Shown here: in pieces, positions 38,483 through 48,343 of the stretch
How the letters are laid out: each line of letters starts with the position of its first letter
Position numbering within the stretch: position 1 is the first letter of the stretch
DNA from: Amphiscolops sp. MND2022
Taxonomy: Eukaryota
NCBI GenBank assembly: GCA_964187785.1
Contig: OZ076409.1
Location: 96,846,001-96,910,000 of the forward strand
Direction of reading: 5' to 3'
Length of the DNA: 64,000 bases
Notes under the pieces: model-generated
What the model saw: only the letters and a program-made list of their open reading frames with translations
What the model was told of the DNA's origin: nothing
Databases searched by the model: none
Position numbers and translations under genes: made by a program

Positions 38483-41400
38483 ATGTCCAACCAGAACGAA
38501 GAGAAAGAAGCTTCAACACGAGGTTTGTGTTTCCAAATGTTTTGCCAATGCATAATTGACGGAAAAATTTGGACTGATTTCTAAGTTGCTTCGGCCTCAG
38601 GTTTTTTGTGTATTTTAACCGATTAGGAAACAACACAAATTTCGTTTTCATCCATTTAAACAAAAACCATTTTCTGATTTCCTGTCTTAAATGATGAACA
38701 AATTTTTTCGAGTACTCTTTATTTGAAGTGAGGGTTGATCAGGCCCGCACTATTTTTGATCAGACAACTTCCGTTTCTGGTCGATTTCAGTTTCCTGTAT
38801 TTTCATTTCTTTTCGTGTTTCAGTTCCGCTCAATCTTCACATTCCTACCGAACAAAGTACTCCAACTAGAGACCTTGCTCCTCTTGAAGCGTTTTCAAAT
38901 CCTCCCCACCAGTCCACTCCCGAACAGCATCATTTGGACCGGGAAAATTCTGGGCAGGGCGATCCAGACGGTATTGCGCACTCCTTTGACAGAAGTGCAA
39001 CTTCATTTGGCTTAGCCACCTTCCCCCCTTTTGGGTTGTCTACCTTTCTAATTCCTCAGGAAAACGACATGGTGGACATTACTGGAGAGGTAGCTGATAC
39101 TGAGGAAACTCAACAATTAACCAGAGGAACTTCCAGCGAAGCTGAGCCAACAGCGAGCACACCGACAGGCAATCTACCAGGGGATGGTCAGCAGGTTCAT
39201 TCCCCATTCACCATGTATCTGAACAGAGTGCAAACTCCTCCTACTGCTTCCGCTGAACTAGAGGTCAACAGAACGTCTTCCCGAGAGACGTCCGGCGCGG
39301 ATCCCACTTCGCATTACGTGACCAGCTCTGATTTGGAGGCACTAGAACGTCGCTTCCAAGTGTTAGTTTCTGAAGCAACTGCCACCATCAGCACTCGGTT
39401 GCAAGATCGAGCTTCCACTTCGACAGAAACTCAACCAGAGACTGCTACTAGGGTACAATTTGATGAAGAAACTCGTGAGCTAACATCTCCTTCCAAAACT
39501 GCTGCACCAAAAGTAAAGCGTAATCCGGCCACCAGACGAATCCAACAACGACAACGACAACGGCAACTGGCAGCCACTGGGAGTGAGACTACCGGGGAGT
39601 ATGCTTCTCCTGAGCAAGCTGGGACGTCTGTCCGACCCAAGCCCCGGCTACAGTTAAATCTGCAGATGTTCAGAAAACATCCTGTCTTCAAGTTCTTTGT
39701 TACAGCACCCATGGACCCAGAAGCCAATCCTCACAAATGGAGGTGTCGCGTTTGCAGCATTGAATTGTCACTGAAGACTAAAGGGGCTTTAGAAATTTTG
39801 TCTCATTATCGAACAGAAGCGCACCTGATTCGTGAACACCGACTCAGAATGGAAACTCCTGGGCTCCCTCTGTATGGGAAGAATGAACAGGAACTGGTTG
39901 GGCCATCCTTAGACGAAGCAAGAGAGAAGGCCGAACTGAACTATCCAATTGCCCCTACTTTGGGAGAATGCTATTTGCTACCGGGGCAACGCGAGTTACC
40001 AGCTGATGTAGATGTCCTCGATCCTTCTGCAGTCATCTGTTCACAGATCCGCATCCTGATAACTGGATTACAACATGGTGGGAATTCAGACACTTTACGT
40101 TCACTTTGGAGCACGCTTTGCATGGAGGTGCGCGGACCGGCTAAAGCCCCCCAATACAATTGGTGTCCTGAGCGAGTCTTTGTAAGTATTGTTTGCTTAG
40201 TTGTCTTTAGCTCGTGATTTGTCTTCCAAAACCCCCGTTTCTTCGGTTTAGGGAATACTAGTCTACATGTTCCGCGAATTGATGCGGTTTACTGTCCAGT
40301 CTATCAACCAGTCTGAGCGATGTTCACTGCAACTCCGAGTCACGTCCGAGGGTACCAGACTATACGTGTCTTTCTGGTCTGGAAATGTCCTCAATGATCT
40401 TCTGCTTGCGGAGATACCCCCTAGCCTTGTGGAGGCTAAAAAGATTCTTGAAGTTGTTGGTTGTTTCTTAGCGGTTGCTAGTACCCCAGTCACGATTTAC
40501 TCCCTCCTTGGCTTTGATGCACGTACAGTAAAGACTTTGCAATCTGAGTTGCCCCAGGCCCCGCCGCCTTGTGTCGTACCAACGTTCGGTTACGATGACC
40601 TTTACAAAGTTCTGGCTGGCCCAGCGATCAAGATACTAGACAGATATGACCTTCATAGTATGTTACATTTCTTCCTCATGAAGTTGCGCACTGCTCTGGA
40701 TTCAGCTTGGATGGGTCACCTTCCTGAGCTGCGAAAGGTAATTTCATAACTTCCACTACATCGTTTATTAACGATCTCTTGGTCTCCTGATTTTTTGATC
40801 CTTTTCCTGTTATTGTCGGTTCACCACATTCCTTTTTCTTTATACTGTTTGCGGAAAACTGCAAAGATCGGCATAATTTGTAGTCCACGCTGAAGTCCTT
40901 CTGCAGTTTCTTTTATGCAGTTCCTTTCCGGCATGAAAATGCAACCTTTGGCATACTGTTTTCTTCCGAAATCCACATAAAATCGTTCCAATACACTGTT
41001 TCATCTTCAAAACAGCATAAATACATACGGTATGCTGTTTTCTTCCGAAAACTGCATAAAATCACTCCAGCATGTTGTTCCTTCTTCAAAACAGCATGAA
41101 TATATACGGTATGCTGTTTTCTTCTGAAAACTGCATAAAATCATTCCAGCATGCTGTTTCTTCTTCAAAACAGCATGGATATATACGGTATGCTGTTTTC
41201 TTCTGGAAACCGCATAAAATCATTCCAGTATGCTGTTTTCTTCTGAAAACTGCATAAAATCTTTCCACTATGCTGTTTTCTTCTGAAAACTGCATAAAAT
41301 CATTCCACTATGCTGTTTTTTCTTCAAAACAGCATAACTTCTTTCCAGTCCTACATCTGCCTATTCCATAACATTCTGTATGATTCGCTTGTTTTATACT

Positions 41401-43141
41401 GTTGTCCGTGTTTTCTCGCATAAGAATTGTTGTTCATATGCTGTTTTATTTCGATTTCCGCATAACCTTCATAGGTTATACCGCATACTGTTTTCCATCA
41501 TAGTCTGTGTTAGGAATTCGGCATAATGTGTCATAATTTTCGGGTTTTACTGCTGTTGAGTAAACGAATATGAATTACAATCTGTTTTAGGCTGTTCTGG
41601 GCTTCGAGTATAGTCACGAGGAGATCCCTGCTATCCTTGGCCAACTGTCTCTGAACTGGAACCATATTGTCTCACACCTTCGGCTTGCAGACAGAATCAA
41701 AGCTTTCCGCTACCACATGAAAGAAGTAAGTCTCACTTACCCCTACTTCGTTCTTTAGCAATTTCATCATTTATATAGTTTGTTTTCCTTTCAGCCCAAA
41801 AGTCTGGACGAAACTATTTACAAGGACAAGACGTATCCTGCAAAGTTGTTCCTGATTCGTAACGTCCTTTTGCACTGTGAGTTTTTCTTTAACAAATATA
41901 CTATGGTCTTGGCTTCGTTTTTAATTTGGCTGTGTTTAGATAACTCTGCCTTCAAAGAGGTTTATGGACCATCTCCTGACATATTCCGTGTGTACAGTGC
42001 CTTTGCCACGTTTACCTACTCACAATTACAAGTCATTTTCCCTGATTCGTTCCTTGGAGAAGTGTCTGATTGGGACCATTTCCTCTCAATTGACCTCACA
42101 TCGCCAGATCTCCCTTTGAAGACCGCTGCGGATTTTCTTCGCAATAGAGATTTTGCCAATTTAGTAGCTGAGAGCGACATTCCGACTCCGACTCATTTTG
42201 TGGAGCAAGCGCTGTGCTTTTGCAGAAACATCTGCGCCCTCTTACTCAACCACAAAGTCTGCAAGTCTAAATTGGTCCGCGGATTCTCCATCTTCGACGA
42301 AGCTATCGTACGTCATGGTGAGGAAGAAGATTATTCCCGCGAGTGTGAGATGCTTTGTGATTTTTTCATCGAAACGAAATGGGTTAGTGCCAACACAAAA
42401 CCCTTGATCTACAGCGAGTATCGTTCCTTTGTTGCTCAGTTCAGGTCCAATTCAGTAGAGTATGATGGAGAATGGTTGGACTTTTTGTCAGGTTACTACG
42501 AAATGCACTGCCGTGAAAATTTGTTCTTTGTGTACAAATTGTGTTGTCTTTGCCTTGCCAATCGTTCTTCACTTCCTCCTCGTTTTGCTGTCAACCTTCC
42601 TCGATTAGCTTCTGATGTTGATGGGTTTAAATCGTCTGTCCGAAGTATCCAATCTTCTCTGTCTGGAATCCCTAACGTGTCGGGGCTCTTTTCAAATCCA
42701 CGCACAATCTCCCCCATCTTCTCCATACTTGGGAAAGGAAAGGCTTTGCTAGACGATGCAACATTTTCAGTTTGGGATGTCACAGCGTCTTGTTCCTCCA
42801 GACGACGTTTATTGTATAACAAATTGGAGTCCCGTTATACCTGTACCATTTCTGATGAAGAGACTTTATGGACTTCCGTTGTGCTTAGCCCCAAAACACC
42901 TGCTCCCAGTCCAGTTTTCTCGAGTGGCAAGTTCGTCCAACCTAGCCCATTTCCTGGCAAAGGGCGAGGAGCTGGTTCTGGTAGCAAGCCAAAAGGTTCC
43001 AGTCCGAAGCTTTCAACTCCAACACTTTCCGTTCCTCGAGTTGTCACAGATGTCCCATTTCTTTCCGATAGCAGTTCCAGTGGAGCTAAGAAGCTTTTCA
43101 TCAAGGGCAAGAAGGCTAAGAAAGATTCTGGTGATAAATGA
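38483..43141 (+). CDS. Antisense five-exon gene (38483-38522, 38824-40181, 40252-40737, 41591-41725, 41795-43141), ~1121 aa, zinc finger + hAT-transposase-like body
   Basis: All four introns GT-AG with pyrimidine tracts and matching phases (1,0,0,0); joined CDS 3366 nt without stops; CX2CX16HX5H finger at 39744-39824; Lys-rich C-terminus; ATTAAA at 43271. Exons 2-5 are firm, exon 1 less so; the hAT relationship is inferred by eye. Confidence 0.85.
40900..41340. repeat. Minisatellite in intron 3 (~40-bp units TATGCTGTTTTCTTCTGAAAACTGCATAAAATCATTCCA)
   Basis: About ten diverged units, each an imperfect palindrome. Confidence 0.9.
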
Positions 43142-43372
43142 ACTCTCTACAAACTTTCTTCTTTGTAGTTTCTCATTTTATGATGAGTGCCATTTTTATT
43201 GTTTGTTTGCTTTTCTTTGTTGTTATCAAATCAGACTGATTACGCCTGGTTTGGAGTATTTATTCATCTCATTAAAAACTAGTCCTTTAGCTTCAGTTGG
43301 AGGTGGAAGAAAAAGAAAAAACGAATGAGACTGTTATCTAGTTAAAGTTTTTGAGTCTCGACTGTTGTCTTT

Positions 43373-46300
43373 TTAGTATCTGTATGAGTCTGAGTAGTTA
43401 GGGTTGGGGTTTGGGCGTAAATTGTATTTTTCACATCTTGTATTAACAGTTTCATCTGCTTCCTGTGCATCACTTTCTGGGTTATTTTCGGGGGTTTTTG
43501 GGGAATTTTGAGATGGGATTTCTTGGAAATTTTCTGGATTTCTCGGAGTTTCTGGTATGGGCTCATGATTTTCATTTTCTGGAGGAGTTTTTTCGATTAA
43601 TTGGGGTTCTTCGTCGTTCACAGCAGTTTGTTCTGCTGGGGTCCCCCCACTGTTTTTAAAGTTATTGTGGGCGGGTGGGCGGTTAGTTTCAGGTTGAGCA
43701 GTAGGTTCATATTCAACTGTGTCCTCCTGTTGGTCACAGCTGTCTTGTTCTGTATCAAAAGGGCTAGGCCCGAAATTCGTGTCCCAAGTGTGGGCGTACA
43801 AATCATCTTGTGATATAAGTGTGTCTTCCTTTTGCCATTCCGTTTCTCTGACGAAATTATCTGCGAGAGGAGCTTGTGGTATGTATTTTCGTAATCGAAT
43901 ACGATGAAGAAGTTGAGTTTTATTTGTGCCTAATCTACGGACAATGTAATTATTGTTCGGTAGGACTTTTTCAACTTTATACGGGCCAACCCAACGAAAT
44001 TCTCGGAAGGGTATCTTTGTTGCTTGGGTATCTGCTTTCGGGTTCAAAATGAAGCAATAGTCCTCTGGTGTTAGAGGTGCTGCCTTCGCTTTTCTGTCGT
44101 AATAGGCTTTATATTTAAGGTATGATTGCATTATGTTCTTCTTCGTTTGGTCATGAAGTAATGCAATACGTCTTTGGACTTCCTCTGCTACCTCTGTTTG
44201 AGGTTGGAAACGAGGATTTGGATTATATCCAAGTTTGAAGTCTAGGATATTATGCGGGATTCTGCCATGGAAGACTCGTGTTGGTTCACATCCGAGTGTT
44301 GCATGATACGTCGTGTTATGATTTAAAACTGCCAAGGGGAGGAATTTGTGCCAGTTATTCCTAAACTCTCCTGTGGCTGCTTTAAGATGCGCTTTGACTG
44401 ATGCGTGTGTACGTTCTAACAGTCCAATTGTTTGGGCGTGCTTTGTGGTGGCATGTTTCAATTCTATATTTAAAACTGCGGCTACTTCTTTTGTAACCTG
44501 TGAGTTGAATTGGGTTCCCATATCTGTAATGATTGTTGTTGGCAGATATGTGTGTTTACATAAAATGTCCATAATAACTTTTGCTACTGCCGGAGCAGTG
44601 ATTCTTGTTACTGGATAGGCAAACAGATAGCGTGAGAACACGTCTATAGCCGTAATAATGTTGTCATAACCGCCACTAGGCGGGAGGTTTGGAAGGATAT
44701 CCATTTGCAATATATCTTCTGGGCCTAAATCCCATTCTGGGCAATTGAGTGATTCTGTTTTAAGAAGGTCGTTGTTGATGCGCTTGTTTTGGATGCACAT
44801 ACGACACTTCGTGACCCAATTGCGAATGTATTTAGCAATGCATGGGTAATAGTATTTTTGCCTTGCTTCTTGAATCATCTTTGTGATTCCCGGATGGTTT
44901 GCGTTATGCCCATGAAGAGCATGTAGGAATTCGTCTAAGAGTTGTTTGGGTAAAAGGATTTGATAATGTGATATCATTCCTGTGTCGTTGTAATATTTTC
45001 TTGTTAAAACATCCTGTCGGATTTCAATCCTCATTATATTTTGTAGGTAGTGTTTGTATCGGTAGTCCTGAGTGAGTTCAGTTTCATCATATGATTCACC
45101 TTCTATTTTATATCGGAGGTTTCGTAGGACTTGATCATTGTTTTGTTCTAAGCGGATTTTTGCGTTGTCTTTGAAATGTCCTTCTCTGTAGTCAATTGTA
45201 CCGGCTGTTGGTCTATGAAAACTTTGAAGTTCGGACACTTCGTTTTCTGGGTCATTATGAGTTTCTAGTTTTGCTGTTTTTCGCAATGTTTCCTTTTCTT
45301 CCCACAATTGTTGCTCGGTGGGGGTTTCTTCAGGAAGGATGTATAAGGTTTCTTCCTCAGCTACTCCTGTAGACTGAATATTGACTTCAATTGCTTGGGT
45401 GGTAACATCATTGCGTATGTTCATTTCAAGTTTCTCTGTCGGATTGATTTCGGCTCTGGAAAGGAAGTCGGCAGCAGTGTTCATAGCTCCTGCTACATGT
45501 GCTATGACGAAGTTGTACTGGAGTACATAGTCACAGGCGTTCCAGAGGGGTGGTGGTATTATTTTAGTTTGGAAGAAGCGTGTTACAGAGCGGTTATCTG
45601 TGAAAACGATAACAGGAAAAACACTTCCCCACATGAGGTGTCCAAATTCCGAGAACGCAAAATAAATTGCTAAGAATTCTTTTGCGTATATTGACAATTT
45701 GATTTGTGTTGGATTGAACGTTTTTGACCCAAAAGCAATTGGGGCATAGGTTTTTCGTCTGGATTGGAGTTTTTGGTTCGGATCATCCTCGATCATGATG
45801 GCGTAGCCGGCTGCTGTAAAACTGGCGTCAGTCATCAGGATGAGCTGTTTGTTTTTGATCGGTTGCTTAAGTGCAAGACTGCATGATTTTTCTAATTGCT
45901 GATTGAGTTCTTTGAATGTATCCAATATCGTGTTTGGTATACAAAACTGTGATGTTTCTTTGAGTAGTTTGAAGAAAGGCGAAAGCTTTTCTGACAAACG
46001 AGGGATGTAGTTTCTGTAGTAGTTAAGAAACTCAATATACCTTTGAAGGGCTTTCTTGGATTTCGGGAAATTAAGTTTCTGAAGAAACTGTTTGACTTTT
46101 TCTGTTTGTGGGGAGACTCCTTCAGGTGTGATTGTGCGACCCAAGAAGTCAACTTGTTTGACCCCAAAATGACATTTAGCCATTGTGAGTTTGAGGCCTG
46201 CTTTTCTGATGCACTCAAAAACTGTTTTGATGTTGATGCACAGTTGGGTTGAGTCATTCGCCGCAATGCCAATGTCATCGACATATTGAGCACATTGGTC

Positions 46301-48343
46301 AGCTTTGATGGCTTTGTCCAGGTATTCTCTCATGAAGGATGAGAAGGCGGACAAAGAGCGGCTTAAACCCTGGGCAAGTCGTCGATATGCAAACGTTCGG
46401 CTCGCAAAATTGAAAGCCAGCATTTGTATTGACTGGTAGTCTGCCATCTGCAAACAATGGTATGCTTGGGAGCAATCGAGTTTGCAGAAAAGCTTCTTCC
46501 CGGCCATATGCTGTGCTGCATCCGACAACGTGCTAACTGGGTGGTTGTTGTTTACATAATCTTGTGAAATGAGATTGTTTATTTTGCGCAGATCCACCAA
46601 GAGGCGAAGTCGTCCATTTGGTTTCCTCTGAGCAAAGATAGGGCTCGCGTATTTAGAGAAAGGTAAGGTTGTGATGATACCATAACGATGGAGCAGAGCC
46701 AGTTCCACAGTTATGTCGTCCTTGAGATTGATGGGGGTAGGGAGACTTTGGCTGTAGGCTGGTCTATCATCATTAGGCGTCAATTTGACCTTAAATTCTC
46801 TATTAGTGCCAATATCAAAACGATGTCTGGCAAAGATATCGTGATATTGCACAAGGATGTCCTCAACATGTTGTTTTTCAAATGGACTGAGGGTAGTATC
46901 GGTCCAGTCGAAATGGGCAAGGAATTTCTTTTTTGATTCAGCGTTATCGTTTGGGTTCAGTTCTTCAAGTTGTTTGAGTTCTGTTAGTTCATCAAAAATT
47001 CGTTGTTGTATGGGTGTATATGTGGTTGGATCACCAGGTTGTTCGGGTGTCGGGAACCAGTATGTTTCTTGTTCCTCTGATGTTTGGTTTGTTTTCATCA
47101 GCTGGTTGAGGTATAGGTCGGTATTTTCCATGTGTTGATGCATCATGAAAGTAAGAGTTGATGGATCAACTGGTTTGATGTGTTTGATTTGTTCCGGTGT
47201 TAGGACTCGGAAATCTGCCATGTGTGTATCCACTGGGAGAGTGTAAGGCATGTCCGAGAAGTTGATTACTTGATAGCCCACTGCATTGTTATTGACCGTG
47301 CTTAGAGAAGAGGTAATGAAGATACTTTCATGTTCCTCCATGTGTGAAGACGGTGTCACTATTCCTGTTGCGCTGTGGTCTATCAAATGGGGCATTTTAC
47401 TGGAGATTGCAAGTGTTTCTCCAGGCTGAAGGGTGTATGTAGTTTCGGTTAGCAAGGGTGTTGCTACTCGGTTATTTGTTGAGTGTTCAGGTCGTAGTTG
47501 CATAGACAAATATGGGAATGTTATTATTCCTTGTCGAATGTCAAAAAGAGCGTTGTGTCTTTGTAAGAAACACAAGCCAATAAGTGGATTTGGTAATGTT
47601 TTCATTACGATGAAATTTTCTTGAAATTGGAAATCTGCTACCTCGAATTCGAGGAGGACAGTTCCAATAGGGCGTTCAAGTTGACCATTTGCTACCATAA
47701 TTTGAAAATTCGGTGCCGGGCCAAAATCTTTGATTGCTTCATTTGAGAGTAGTTTGATTTTGTTGAGATCTGCTTCTGAAATGGCACTGGTGAGAGCGCC
47801 TGTATCAATGAGTCCATCCAGTGTTAATTTTTCGAAATCCATAGGGAAATAGTACATGTGACGTTTCTTTTTGAGTGTAAGGTTTGTGGAAAGGTTCAAA
47901 TACATGATGTTGTTGCCTTCATCTGTCGTGAGATGGTTGAAGACGTCATTGTCAAGGAGAGGTTGTTTCCCAGGTGATGCACAGAAGAGGGTTTTTGTTA
48001 ATTCTGACGCTGTTTCAATGTCGGTTTGGGTTGTTGAAGTGGATTGTTGATTAAGATGTTCAGTTTGTGTTTCTTGAGGTTGTGAAGTGATGGGGTTTTG
48101 TGGTTCTTTCTCAGTCTCGGGTTCGAAGGATTGTCGTAATAGGTAATTGTCTGGGGCATCCTGGTATATTTCATACAGGTCCTCAAACGTGTTATCAGGT
48201 GTTGGGGGTTGTGGTTTTGTAGTCGTTGAGTCGGTTTGTAGTGAAGTGGTTTTTATTGGTTTTGGGCTCAGAGGATGCTGCCAGACATCTCCTGAGATTT
48301 GTTGTTGTAGTGTTGTTTGAAGGCGTGGCTTTATTAGTTTAAA
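43373..48343 (-). CDS. pol: Pol polyprotein (PR, dUTPase-like segment, RT, RNase H, integrase), expressed by -1 frameshift; first ATG at 47905
   Basis: LIDTGA, YVDD, MTDAS/VFTDN, HGHNANHPG..CRMC, DDE core, GPY motif; frame checked open from 47905 up to the slippery site. Confidence 0.95.
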   Translation of the reverse strand, partial: FKLIKPRLQTTLQQQISGDVWQHPLSPKPIKTTSLQTDSTTTKPQPPTPDNTFEDLYEIYQDAPDNYLLRQSFEPETEKEPQNPITSQPQETQTEHLNQQSTSTTQTDIETASELTKTLFCASPGKQPLLDNDVFNHLTTDEGNNIMYLNLSTNLTLKKKRHMYYFPMDFEKLTLDGLIDTGALTSAISEADLNKIKLLSNEAIKDFGPAPNFQIMVANGQLERPIGTVLLEFEVADFQFQENFIVMKTLPNPLIGLCFLQRHNALFDIRQGIITFPYLSMQLRPEHSTNNRVATPLLTETTYTLQPGETLAISSKMPHLIDHSATGIVTPSSHMEEHESIFITSSLSTVNNNAVGYQVINFSDMPYTLPVDTHMADFRVLTPEQIKHIKPVDPSTLTFMMHQHMENTDLYLNQLMKTNQTSEEQETYWFPTPEQPGDPTTYTPIQQRIFDELTELKQLEELNPNDNAESKKKFLAHFDWTDTTLSPFEKQHVEDILVQYHDIFARHRFDIGTNREFKVKLTPNDDRPAYSQSLPTPINLKDDITVELALLHRYGIITTLPFSKYASPIFAQRKPNGRLRLLVDLRKINNLISQDYVNNNHPVSTLSDAAQHMAGKKLFCKLDCSQAYHCLQMADYQSIQMLAFNFASRTFAYRRLAQGLSRSLSAFSSFMREYLDKAIKADQCAQYVDDIGIAANDSTQLCINIKTVFECIRKAGLKLTMAKCHFGVKQVDFLGRTITPEGVSPQTEKVKQFLQKLNFPKSKKALQRYIEFLNYYRNYIPRLSEKLSPFFKLLKETSQFCIPNTILDTFKELNQQLEKSCSLALKQPIKNKQLILMTDASFTAAGYAIMIEDDPNQKLQSRRKTYAPIAFGSKTFNPTQIKLSIYAKEFLAIYFAFSEFGHLMWGSVFPVIVFTDNRSVTRFFQTKIIPPPLWNACDYVLQYNFVIAHVAGAMNTAADFLSRAEINPTEKLEMNIRNDVTTQAIEVNIQSTGVAEEETLYILPEETPTEQQLWEEKETLRKTAKLETHNDPENEVSELQSFHRPTAGTIDYREGHFKDNAKIRLEQNNDQVLRNLRYKIEGESYDETELTQDYRYKHYLQNIMRIEIRQDVLTRKYYNDTGMISHYQILLPKQLLDEFLHALHGHNANHPGITKMIQEARQKYYYPCIAKYIRNWVTKCRMCIQNKRINNDLLKTESLNCPEWDLGPEDILQMDILPNLPPSGGYDNIITAIDVFSRYLFAYPVTRITAPAVAKVIMDILCKHTYLPTTIITDMGTQFNSQVTKEVAAVLNIELKHATTKHAQTIGLLERTHASVKAHLKAATGEFRNNWHKFLPLAVLNHNTTYHATLGCEPTRVFHGRIPHNILDFKLGYNPNPRFQPQTEVAEEVQRRIALLHDQTKKNIMQSYLKYKAYYDRKAKAAPLTPEDYCFILNPKADTQATKIPFREFRWVGPYKVEKVLPNNNYIVRRLGTNKTQLLHRIRLRKYIPQAPLADNFVRETEWQKEDTLISQDDLYAHTWDTNFGPSPFDTEQDSCDQQEDTVEYEPTAQPETNRPPAHNNFKNSGGTPAEQTAVNDEEPQLIEKTPPENENHEPIPETPRNPENFQEIPSQNSPKTPENNPESDAQEADETVNTRCEKYNLRPNPNPNYSDSYRY

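Noticed and set aside
38971..39059. Extra GT-AG intron in the antisense gene
   Set aside because: 89 nt; removal shifts the frame to a stop, while the unspliced frame is open
40900..41340. Palindromic repeat array resembling CRISPR
   Set aside because: No unique spacers, degenerate units, eukaryotic intron, no cas genes
42756..43328. 190-aa alternative-frame ORF and other shadow ORFs within pol/gag-pol
   Set aside because: Overlap strongly supported CDSs and show no motifs
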